Of a DNA stretch of 64,000 nucleotides, positions 50,874 to 59,200 are shown piece by piece. The position numbers and the translations under genes were made by a program. The stretch covers positions 268,073 through 332,072 of the forward strand of contig CAWBPO010000001.1 of the NCBI GenBank assembly GCA_963790795.1. Reading direction: 5' to 3'. Source of the DNA: an uncultured bacterium. Its GTDB lineage: Bacteria > Patescibacteriota > Minisyncoccia > Minisyncoccales > RBG-13-42-11. Positions within the stretch are counted from its first letter, which is position 1. Each line of letters opens with the position of its first letter. The notes beneath the pieces are model-generated. The model was not told the DNA's origin and did no database searches. It was given only the letters and a program-made list of their open reading frames with translations.

Positions 50874-51536
50874 ATGTTTTTCTTTCCTGTCGGTTGTTTA
50901 ATATTTATTCTTTTTATTTTATTTTTGCCTGTTTTGTTTGCTTTGGGATATTTTCACATTATTACCATCGGATTTGAGAAGCTGGGCATTTCTCCGGAAG
51001 CAGTCATATTTTTGCTTTTGGCGATTTTAATCGGTTCTGCCATCAACATTCCTTTAGGCAGAAAAAAATTAAGACATGTTGAAGAATCGAGATTTTTCGG
51101 ATTATGGCGCACTCCGAAAGTTGAAGCCCAAGGCCTTGCCATAAACGTGGGAGGAGCTGTTATTCCTGTTTTAATTTCTTTCTATTTTATATATTCCAGC
51201 TGGAACGCAGGATTTGATATAAAACAGATTTTAATTACTGCTACCTTAATGGTTTTGCTTTGCAAGTTTTTGGCTAAAGTTGTTCCTGGCGTTGGCATTT
51301 CAATGCCTGCTTTGATTCCTCCGGTATTTGCAGTTGTTTTTGCCTTGATTTTTGCCCCTGATTTTGTCGCTCCCTGCGCTTTTATTTCAGGAACTTTTGG
51401 CGTTTTAATCGGAGCTGACCTTTTGAACTTGGGAAGAATCAGAAAATACGGCGGTTTTTTGTCAATTGGCGGGGCAGGAGTGTTTGATGCTATATTTTTA
51501 GTAGGAATTATTTCCGTTCTTCTGGCTGGTTTTTAA
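50874..51536 (+). CDS. integral membrane protein, DUF1614-like (recall)
   Basis: 220 aa with ~6 TM segments. GGAVIPVLISFYF and GGAGVFDAIFLVGI motifs. Confidence 0.45.
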   Translation: MFFFPVGCLIFILFILFLPVLFALGYFHIITIGFEKLGISPEAVIFLLLAILIGSAINIPLGRKKLRHVEESRFFGLWRTPKVEAQGLAINVGGAVIPVLISFYFIYSSWNAGFDIKQILITATLMVLLCKFLAKVVPGVGISMPALIPPVFAVVFALIFAPDFVAPCAFISGTFGVLIGADLLNLGRIRKYGGFLSIGGAGVFDAIFLVGIISVLLAGF

Positions 51537-51583
51537 CGGAGAGGGCAGTTGACATTTACGGTTAAAATAATTACAATAGAAAA

Positions 51584-53053
51584 ATGTCAAAGAAAAAGCT
51601 TTATATCACCATTGTTTTTATTTTTATTCTGACTCTTTTTGCCGGAATCTTCAGTTATCCTGATTATTTCAACCGTGGAATAGATTCTTTCAATAATCTG
51701 AAAGTTTCAGTTTTTGGCTTTCAGATTCAAACGCCTCATTTTCCCAAGGCTCCTTTTGTGCTGGGGCTTGATTTACGGGGCGGAATCCAGCTGATTTATG
51801 AGGCGGATTTATCCAATATTGATGACGCGGACAAAACAGAAACAATGGAAGGATTAAGAGATGTGATTGAAAGGAGGGTGAATCTGTACGGCGTGACCGA
51901 GCCTGTTGTTCAAATACAGGGAGAAAAAAGATTAATTGTTGAACTGGCTGGCGTAAAAGACATTGGAGAGGCAATAAAAATGATAGGAGAGACCCCTTAT
52001 TTAGAATTCAGGGAAATGCTTTCTCCGGAAGAAAAAGAAGAAGCCAAAAACAGCTTTTCCGAGGAGGATATTTCGCAGATAATAAACGCTTACAAGGAGC
52101 AGACTGGCCAGGAAAAAACCAAGGATGAGATTTTGGACATGCTGACTTCTAATTTATTAAAGCCGACAGAACTGACCGGCAAATATTTGAAAAGAGCAGA
52201 CATTGCTTTTGATCCGAATACCAACAAGCCTGAGGTTTCTCTTCAATTCAAAGAAGAAGGAGAAAAATTGTTTGAAGAAATTACCGAAAGAAATGCTGGC
52301 AAGCCATTAGCTATTTTTTTGGATGACCAGTCAATCGTTGACACTGACGGTGACGGTAAAATAACAGAAAATGACCTTTATGCTCCCATTGTCCAGGAGA
52401 AAATTACCGGAGGGAAAGCAGTAATTACCGGCAATATGAACATTAACGAAGCCAAAGAGATTGTCAGAAGATTGAATTCCGGCGCTTTACCCGTTAAAAT
52501 CGGTACTCCCATTTATCAGAAATTAATTGGTCCGACATTGGGCCAGGTTTCTTTGGAAAAATCTTTAAAAGCCGGCATTTTCGGCTTTCTGGCAGTAATT
52601 TTATTCATGATAATTTTCTACCGCTTGCCGGGAATTCTCGCTTCTTTTGCTCTGGTAATTTACGCAGTTTTAGTTTTATTCCTTTTTAAGATAATTCCGG
52701 TTACTTTGACTTTGGCTGGTATTGGTGGCTTTGTCTTGTCTGTTGGTATGGCGGTTGACGCCAATATTTTGATTTTTTCCAGAATGAAGGAAGAACTGAA
52801 GCAAGGTAAAGATTTTGAACAAAGTGTAAAAGAGGGTTTTGACAGGGCCTGGCCGTCCATCAGAGACAGCAATTTCAATTCGCTTATCGTTTGCATCATT
52901 CTGTTCAGTTTCGCAACTAATTTTATAAAAGGATTCGCTTTCACTTTGAGCTTGGGAATTTTGGTTTCAATGTTTTCAGCGATTATTATTACGAGAACTT
53001 TTCTTAAATGCTTTATTAGAACAAGGCTTGAGAAAATTAAATGGCTTTGGTAA
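51584..53053 (+). CDS. secD: protein translocase subunit SecD
   Basis: LGLDLRGGIQLIYEAD, periplasmic domain, and a C-terminal 6-TM RND-like region GIGGFVLSVGMAVDANILIFSRMKEE. Confidence 0.9.
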   Translation: MSKKKLYITIVFIFILTLFAGIFSYPDYFNRGIDSFNNLKVSVFGFQIQTPHFPKAPFVLGLDLRGGIQLIYEADLSNIDDADKTETMEGLRDVIERRVNLYGVTEPVVQIQGEKRLIVELAGVKDIGEAIKMIGETPYLEFREMLSPEEKEEAKNSFSEEDISQIINAYKEQTGQEKTKDEILDMLTSNLLKPTELTGKYLKRADIAFDPNTNKPEVSLQFKEEGEKLFEEITERNAGKPLAIFLDDQSIVDTDGDGKITENDLYAPIVQEKITGGKAVITGNMNINEAKEIVRRLNSGALPVKIGTPIYQKLIGPTLGQVSLEKSLKAGIFGFLAVILFMIIFYRLPGILASFALVIYAVLVLFLFKIIPVTLTLAGIGGFVLSVGMAVDANILIFSRMKEELKQGKDFEQSVKEGFDRAWPSIRDSNFNSLIVCIILFSFATNFIKGFAFTLSLGILVSMFSAIIITRTFLKCFIRTRLEKIKWLW

Positions 53054-53056
53054 TTT

Positions 53057-53962
53057 ATGTCAATTAAATTTTTAAAATATTCAAAACTTTATTTTATTCT
53101 CTCCGGAATTTTGATTTTAGCAAGCATTGTTTCTATCTGTGTTTTCGGCTTGAAATTCGGCATAGAGTTTACCGGCGGCAGCATCATGGAGCTGTCATTT
53201 CAAGATGAGAGGCCTTCATTGGAGAATATACAGCAAAATCTTTCTCAGTTTAATCTGGGCGAAATTATCGTGCAGCCGATGGCTGACAATGAAATGATTC
53301 TGAAAATGAAAGAAATAGACGAAACGACTCACGAGAAAATTATTTTAAAATTACAAGAAGTGTCTAGTTTTGAAGAAAAGAGCTTTGAGGTGATCGGCCC
53401 GACAATCGGCACAGAATTAAAGCAAAAAACAAAAAACGCCGTAATTTTAGTATTGCTTGCCATTACCCTTTATATCACTTTCGCCTTCAGAAAGGTTTCC
53501 TGGTCGGCTATCCGCTCCTGGCAATATGGAATAGCCTCTCTTATTGCTTTGTTCCACGATGTCATAATTCCTCTTGGCGTTCTTGCCGTTTTGGGAGAAT
53601 TATATAATGTTGAGATTACCATTCCGGTTATTGCTGCTTTGTTAACCATTTTGGGCTATTCAGTTCATGACACCATAGTGATTTTTGACAGAATAAGAGA
53701 GAATCTGCTTAAGACAAAATTCAAGTCATTTGAAGAAACAGTTGACGCAAGCTTGAACCAAACTCTTCTTCGGTCAATCAGCACTGTCTTTACTGTTTTG
53801 CTCGTTCTTTTTGCCATTTTCTTTTTCGGCGGCCGGACCCTGCAGTCTTTTTCCCTTATTTTGATTATCGGAATCAGCAGCGGCGCCTATTCTTCCATCT
53901 TTGTGGCAAGCCCCATATTGGTTGCTTGGGCAAAATGGAAGCAAAATAAGGGAAAGGTTTGA
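53057..53962 (+). CDS. secF: protein translocase subunit SecF
   Basis: GIEFTGGSIMEL, LFHDVIIPLGVLAVLG and GYSVHDTIVIFDRIRENL. Confidence 0.9.
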   Translation: MSIKFLKYSKLYFILSGILILASIVSICVFGLKFGIEFTGGSIMELSFQDERPSLENIQQNLSQFNLGEIIVQPMADNEMILKMKEIDETTHEKIILKLQEVSSFEEKSFEVIGPTIGTELKQKTKNAVILVLLAITLYITFAFRKVSWSAIRSWQYGIASLIALFHDVIIPLGVLAVLGELYNVEITIPVIAALLTILGYSVHDTIVIFDRIRENLLKTKFKSFEETVDASLNQTLLRSISTVFTVLLVLFAIFFFGGRTLQSFSLILIIGISSGAYSSIFVASPILVAWAKWKQNKGKV

Positions 53963-53995
53963 CATTAATTATTAAATATTGTATAAACAAATAAC

Positions 53996-54988
53996 GTGCC
54001 TATTTTAAACATTAATTATCAACAAATTTGCGAAAAGCTTTTAAAAGCCCTGCCTCAAAAACAAAAAGAGGTTCTTTTGCGGCGTTTTGGCCTGGAGGCA
54101 AAAGGTTTGAGCAAAGGAGAAACCCTTGAAGCCATCGGCAAGAGTTTTGGCATTACCAGAGAAAGGGTCCGCCAGGTTGAAAACGACGCTTTTTCGAGAT
54201 TAAAGCCGGAAATTAAAAAATATCAAAAAGTCTTCCAGTATTTTAAAAACTTTCTTAAAAAAACAGGAAATTTAAGAAAAGAAGAGGCGCTTTTGGCTGA
54301 GCTGGCCGGCGGGAAATTTCAGAACCAGATTTATTTTTTGCTTACTTTGGCAGAAGATTTTGAAAGATTCAGCGAAACAAAAGATTTCTATTCTTTGTGG
54401 ACAACTGACCGGAAATCCTGGCTCTCAGCCCAAAAAATCATTAATGCTATTTACGAGAAATTGGAGAAAGTCGGCAAACCATTGAAATTAAAAGAAATTA
54501 ACAACCTAAACTCTTTAAAATCAGAAACCCTAAGCTCTTTCTTGGAAATTTCCAAGAAGATTCAGAGAAATAAAGAAGGGTTTTTTGGTTTGAAAGACTG
54601 GCCGGAAATTAATCCAAAAAGGATAAAAGACAAGGCCTACTTGGTTTTTAAAAAAAATCAAAAGCCCTTGCATTTTAGCCAGGTGGCCACTCTTGTCGGT
54701 CAGGCTTTGCCTCAAACCGTTCATAACGAACTGATAAAAGACCCCAGGTTTGTTCTGGTGGGAAGGGGTACTTACGCTTTAAAAGAGTGGGGATATGAAG
54801 AAGGAGTGGTTAAAGACGTTATTTTAAACATTTTAAAAACAGCTGGAAAGCCCCTTAAAAAAGAAGAAGTTTTGGCAAAGACCTTAAAACAAAGAATGGT
54901 CAAAGAAAATACCATTTTGTTGAACTTGAGCAATAAAAAATACTTCTTTAAGACCCCGGAGGGTCGTTACACAATAAGAGAAGCTTAA
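53996..54988 (+). CDS. sigma-70 region-4-like HTH protein with C-terminal HARE-HTH-like domains
   Basis: GTG start. QKEVLLRRFGL...ETLEAIGKSFGITRERVRQVENDAFSRL is region 4.2-like. C-terminal LHFSQVATLVGQ...FVLVGRGTYALKEW and VILNILKTAGKPLKKEEVLAKTL...PEGRYTIRE are RpoE-delta/HARE-HTH-like. Confidence 0.55.
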   Translation: MPILNINYQQICEKLLKALPQKQKEVLLRRFGLEAKGLSKGETLEAIGKSFGITRERVRQVENDAFSRLKPEIKKYQKVFQYFKNFLKKTGNLRKEEALLAELAGGKFQNQIYFLLTLAEDFERFSETKDFYSLWTTDRKSWLSAQKIINAIYEKLEKVGKPLKLKEINNLNSLKSETLSSFLEISKKIQRNKEGFFGLKDWPEINPKRIKDKAYLVFKKNQKPLHFSQVATLVGQALPQTVHNELIKDPRFVLVGRGTYALKEWGYEEGVVKDVILNILKTAGKPLKKEEVLAKTLKQRMVKENTILLNLSNKKYFFKTPEGRYTIREA

Positions 54989-54998
54989 ATTTTAAATT

Positions 54999-56318
54999 AT
55001 GCCAACAGTAGAAGAATCTGTTTTACTTTTAACTACCATCTGGCAGGCGATAAAGAATTGGTGGTGGGTTGTTTTACCTTTAATTTTTTGGAAGCCGTTT
55101 TCCTTCCTTTATTTATGGTGGAGAATGGAACTTTTTTTCGGCAAACAGCGCATGGTTGTTCTTGAGATTAAACTGCCAAAGAAACTGTCAAAACCGATAA
55201 GGGCAATGGAAGTTGTGCTTTCAAGCTTGCATGCGACAATTTATCAGCCGCCTGATTTGTGGGAAAAATGGGTAGACGGTCAGATTCAGCTTTCTTTGGG
55301 GCTTGAAATCGTTTCAATTGACGGAGAGTCGCATTTTTTTGTCAGAACGCCAGTACAATACAGGGATGCGGTAGAATCAAGCTTTTACGCGCAGTATCCT
55401 GAAATTGAAATTATTGAAGCTGACGACTATACAAAGTATATTCCTCAAAGCATTCCCAACAAAGATTGGGATATGTTCGGCTGCGATTACAAATTGGCAA
55501 AAGACGACCATTATCCGATTAAAACATATACTGAATTTGAAACTGAACAAGAGAAAACAGAAGAAAAAAAGATTGATCCGATTGCCGGGCTTTTGGAAGC
55601 AATGGCTAAGATTAAAAAAGGAGAACAGCTTTGGATTCAGCTTTTGATTGAGCCGGTCGGCGATGCAGATTTAGAGTTGTCTTTCAGCAAATGGAAGCAG
55701 AAAGGCGAAGTATTAAGAGATAAATTAGCCAGAAGGGAAGTTCCTAAGGTTTCAAAACCAATGCTTCAAGAAGCAACAGAAATATTAATATCAGGAGTAC
55801 CGGCTGAAGAAAAGAAGGAGGGAAAAGAAATTTTTCCTCCTGAAATGAAATTAACTCCGGGAGAAAGAGAGATTTTAGCGGCAATAGAGAAGAAAATGTC
55901 AAAGCCCATTTTCAACGTTACAGGCAGATTCATTTATCTTGGCAAGAGAGATGTTTGGTTCAAGCCCAATTTCAGATTGGCTTTTTCTTTTTTCAACGAA
56001 TATACGACAAACAATCTTAATGCTTTGTTCCCCGAGGGTAAAACCCTGACCAAGATTAAAAAAGCTTTGATTTTTCAATTTCTCAATCTTAAGTTCATAT
56101 ATAGCAGAAGGCATTATTTGAGATGCCGAAGATTGTTCAGAAATTACATTAGAAGACTTTCTCCTTTTTTTCCTCGTTCAGAAGGGACTTACATGTTAAG
56201 CACGGAAGAGATTGCTTCTCTTTTCCATTTCCCAAGCGAGGAAACAGCTCCTGCTCCTGGAGTAGCCAGAATAGAATCAAGAAAAGGAGTTGTTCCGCCT
56301 TCTTTGCCCACGGAATAA
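54999..56318 (+). CDS. membrane-anchored protein of unknown function, partner of the downstream VirD4/TraD-like ATPase
   Basis: N-terminal TM pair (WWVVLPLIFWKPFSFLYLWW). VVLEIKLPKK...AMEVVLSSLH. C-terminal LSTEEIASLFHFPS. The stop lies 18 nt before the ATPase start. Confidence 0.45.
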   Translation: MPTVEESVLLLTTIWQAIKNWWWVVLPLIFWKPFSFLYLWWRMELFFGKQRMVVLEIKLPKKLSKPIRAMEVVLSSLHATIYQPPDLWEKWVDGQIQLSLGLEIVSIDGESHFFVRTPVQYRDAVESSFYAQYPEIEIIEADDYTKYIPQSIPNKDWDMFGCDYKLAKDDHYPIKTYTEFETEQEKTEEKKIDPIAGLLEAMAKIKKGEQLWIQLLIEPVGDADLELSFSKWKQKGEVLRDKLARREVPKVSKPMLQEATEILISGVPAEEKKEGKEIFPPEMKLTPGEREILAAIEKKMSKPIFNVTGRFIYLGKRDVWFKPNFRLAFSFFNEYTTNNLNALFPEGKTLTKIKKALIFQFLNLKFIYSRRHYLRCRRLFRNYIRRLSPFFPRSEGTYMLSTEEIASLFHFPSEETAPAPGVARIESRKGVVPPSLPTE

Positions 56319-56335
56319 TGTGATAACAATTAAAT

Positions 56336-58009
56336 ATGACCAACGAAGAAATCAATTTTTTTGCTGTAACCACTTTTAGAAACCAAAGGAAAAAATTCGG
56401 GATTAAAACCGATGACAGGCGTCGGCATGTTTATGTTATCGGTAAAACAGGCATGGGTAAAACTTTGATGTTGAGGAATATGGCCCTTCAGGACATCCAG
56501 CAGGGCAAAGGAATCGGTTTCATTGATCCGCACGGCGAGGCAGCTGAAGAATTATTGGACTGTATTCCTTCAAACAGGGTTAACGACGTAATCTATTTTA
56601 ATCCGGCTGACATTGATTATCCGATTGCTTTCAACATTATGGAAAGTGTTGGCGTGGAACACCGGCATTTGGTCGCTTCTGGCTTGATGGGCGTTTTTAA
56701 GAAAATCTGGCCTGATGTTTGGTCAGCTAGAATGGAATACATTTTGAACAATTCAATTTTAGCTCTTTTGGAATATCCAGGAGCCACTCTTTTGGGCGTT
56801 AACAGAATGCTGGCTGATCCTGAATACCGGAAAAAAGTGGTTGAAAAAGTGATGGATCCGGTGGTTAAATCTTTCTGGACCCAGGAATTCGCCAGATACG
56901 CCCAGAGATACGAGGTGGAAGCAACTGCGGCCATACAGAACAAAATTGGCCAGTTCATCTCCAATCCTTTAATCAGGAACATTATCGGCCAGGTAAGGTC
57001 CAGCATTAATATGAGGAATATTATGGATGAAAAGAAGATTTTTATAATGAATATATCAAAAGGAAGAGTGGGAGAAGACAATTCCAGGCTGCTTGGCGCT
57101 CTTTTAATCACCAAGCTTCAGCTGGCAGCCATGTCCAGAGTGGATGTTCCTGAAGAAAAAAGAAATGATTTTTTCCTTTATGTTGACGAATTCCAGAACT
57201 TTGCCACAGAATCATTCACCAATATTTTGTCTGAAGCGAGAAAATACAGGCTGGCTTTGCTTTTGGGGCATCAGTATATTGCCCAGATGGATGAAACGGT
57301 CAGAGACGCGGTTTTCGGCAACGTTGGCACAATTGTCTCTTTCAGAGTCGGAGCGGAAGACGCAGAATATTTGGAAAAAGAATTCGCTCCTGATTTTACT
57401 GCTGAAGACTTGGTCAATTTGCCGAAATACAACGTTTATTTGAAATTGATGATTGATGGGGTTGCCGGTCCTGCTTTTTCGGCAGAAACTTTGTCTCCTT
57501 TACCGGCCCTTGAAAAATCAAACCAGGAAAAAATCATTAAAGTTTCAAGAGAGAGATACAGCACTCCGAGAAAAGTTATTGAAGAAAAAATTGCCAAGTG
57601 GACAGGAATGTTAAATGTTGCGGAAACTCCGATGCAGCCATCTTCCCAGCCCTTGTATGACGCCAAATGCGCTTTGTGCGGCAAATGGACAAAAGTGATT
57701 TTTGAGCCGACTGCTTCCCGTCCCGTTTATTGCAAAACCTGCTTGAAAAAAGTTAAAAAACCTTCTGCTGAAAGGGAAAAACCAGTTTTGCCGGCCAACG
57801 AGCCAGAAAAGAGAAAAGAAGAAAGACCAAGGGTTTCTCTCCAAGAAGCAGTTGGCAAAACGCCTGTTTCTTTTTCTAGCAGAACAACAACTGGAAAAGA
57901 AGAAAAAAGGAAGCCAAGAAAAGAAGTTAATTTGGAAGAATTAAAAAAAACATTAGAAGAATCTTTAAAAGATGTAGAAAAAAAAGATGAAGGGGCTGGG
58001 GGACTTTAA
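56336..58009 (+). CDS. FtsK/HerA/TraD-superfamily P-loop ATPase (type IV coupling-protein-like) with C-terminal CxxC...CxxC zinc ribbon and K/E-rich tail
   Basis: Walker A HVYVIGKTGMGKT, Walker B FFLYVDEFQNFAT, ARKYRLALLLGHQY. Zinc ribbon CALCGKWTKVIFEPTASRPVYCKTC. Confidence 0.7.
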   Translation: MTNEEINFFAVTTFRNQRKKFGIKTDDRRRHVYVIGKTGMGKTLMLRNMALQDIQQGKGIGFIDPHGEAAEELLDCIPSNRVNDVIYFNPADIDYPIAFNIMESVGVEHRHLVASGLMGVFKKIWPDVWSARMEYILNNSILALLEYPGATLLGVNRMLADPEYRKKVVEKVMDPVVKSFWTQEFARYAQRYEVEATAAIQNKIGQFISNPLIRNIIGQVRSSINMRNIMDEKKIFIMNISKGRVGEDNSRLLGALLITKLQLAAMSRVDVPEEKRNDFFLYVDEFQNFATESFTNILSEARKYRLALLLGHQYIAQMDETVRDAVFGNVGTIVSFRVGAEDAEYLEKEFAPDFTAEDLVNLPKYNVYLKLMIDGVAGPAFSAETLSPLPALEKSNQEKIIKVSRERYSTPRKVIEEKIAKWTGMLNVAETPMQPSSQPLYDAKCALCGKWTKVIFEPTASRPVYCKTCLKKVKKPSAEREKPVLPANEPEKRKEERPRVSLQEAVGKTPVSFSSRTTTGKEEKRKPRKEVNLEELKKTLEESLKDVEKKDEGAGGL

Positions 58010-59021
58010 TTTTAAAAATAAAAGAGTTTTGCTCCGATGCGATTTTGACGTTCCTGTGGCAAACGGAGTTATTCTGGACGATTTCAGAATTAAAAAAGCT
58101 TTGCCGACCATACAATATTTGGTTGGAAAGGGAGCTAAACTCATTTTAATGGCTCACTTGGACAGGCCTGAAGGGAAAACAGTTGAAGAACTGAAATTGA
58201 CTCTGGTTCAAAAAAAGTTATCGGAGTATTTGAGTTTATCCGTAATCCAAGCTCAAGACTGCGCAGGTTCTCAGGTTGACAAGCTGGTCAATGAATTGAA
58301 GCCAGGCGAAATATTGCTTTTGGAAAATTTAAGATTCCGCAAAGAAGAAGAGGAAAATGACGATAATTTTTCCAGGAATTTGGCAAAGCTGGGAGATGTA
58401 TATATTAACGACGCTTTTGCCAATTCGCACAGAAACCATGCTTCAATTGTTGGCCTGCCAAAATATCTGCCTTCTGCTGCAGGGATGTTGTTTAAAGAAG
58501 AAGTTGATGCTTTGAGTAGGATAAAAGACAATCCTGAAAGGCCTTTAGTTGCTATTATCGGCGGAGAAAAAGTGGAAACAAAAATGGAATTGGTTGATAA
58601 GATTTCCGAGAATGCTGATTTTGTTCTTATCGGCGGATTGATAAAAGAAGCAATGCAAAAAAACAATATTCAGCTGAAAAATTACCAGAAAATTGTTGAA
58701 CCCGTTAATGATGTCGGCAAAAAAGATATCGGTCCTGAAACCATCAGTCTTTTCAAGGAAAAAATACATTCAGCTAAAACTGTTTTTTGGAACGGTCCTT
58801 TGGGCCAGACCGAAGAAAAAGAATTTACTGTTGGGACCGAAGAAATTGCCAGGGCGATTGTTCAAAGCAAAGCGTTTTCCGTTGTCGGAGGTAGCAATAC
58901 AGTAGAGTTTTTAAGCAAAATCGGCTTGATTGATAAGTTTAGTCATATTTCCACTGGCGGAGGAGCGATGATAGCTTTTTTGAGCGGAGAGAAACTTCCT
59001 GGAATAGAAGCGTTGAGGTAA
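57987..59021 (+). CDS. pgk: phosphoglycerate kinase (compact, 344 aa)
   Basis: KRVLLRCDFDVPV, LILMAHLDRPEG, LLENLRFRKEEE, NDAFANSHRNHAS, FWNGPLGQTEE and HISTGGGAMIAFLSGEKLPGIEAL. Confidence 0.85.
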   Translation: MKGLGDFNFKNKRVLLRCDFDVPVANGVILDDFRIKKALPTIQYLVGKGAKLILMAHLDRPEGKTVEELKLTLVQKKLSEYLSLSVIQAQDCAGSQVDKLVNELKPGEILLLENLRFRKEEEENDDNFSRNLAKLGDVYINDAFANSHRNHASIVGLPKYLPSAAGMLFKEEVDALSRIKDNPERPLVAIIGGEKVETKMELVDKISENADFVLIGGLIKEAMQKNNIQLKNYQKIVEPVNDVGKKDIGPETISLFKEKIHSAKTVFWNGPLGQTEEKEFTVGTEEIARAIVQSKAFSVVGGSNTVEFLSKIGLIDKFSHISTGGGAMIAFLSGEKLPGIEALR

Positions 59022-59165
59022 AAAAAACCGGGGAAACCGAATGAGTCGAAAGAAATAAGCTATGGAGCAAATGAATAACGCATAATAGCCTATCTCACAT
59101 TCGGTTTCCCCGTATGAGGAAAACAGGTACTTCACCCGCTGAACCCCCAAACAGAAAAGTACTAT
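59021..59165 (-). ncRNA. candidate ~145-nt small RNA of unknown class, bounded by its own promoter and intrinsic terminator
   Basis: Minus-strand promoter at 59199..59172. Extended hairpin CGGGGAAACCGAATG (59029..59043) / CATTCGGTTTCCCCG (59098..59112), plus an inner 9-bp stem that needs a G.U pair only on the minus-strand RNA. The minus-strand hairpin is followed by a U9 run (plus-strand A-run 59020..59028). Confidence 0.45.
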
Positions 59166-59171
59166 ATTATA

Positions 59172-59199
59172 ATTATACTCTTTTTAAATAATTTGTCAA
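59172..59199 (-). promoter_or_regulatory. consensus sigma-70 promoter on the minus strand (TTGACA-16 nt-TATAAT)
   Basis: The reverse complement of 59172..59199 reads TTGACAAATTATTTAAAAAGAGTATAAT. Confidence 0.55.
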
Positions 59200-59200
59200 G

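Noticed and set aside
59029-59112. The long hairpin read as the rho-independent terminator of pgk.
   Set aside because: On the plus strand the hairpin is preceded, not followed, by the homopolymer run (A9). The U-run and the G.U-dependent inner stem only work on the minus strand.
58911-59150. 79-aa minus-strand ORF overlapping the pgk 3' end and the sRNA candidate.
   Set aside because: It has low-complexity, Cys/Phe-rich sequence with no motif. It overlaps a well-supported gene and a hairpin/terminator, so it is unlikely to be coding.
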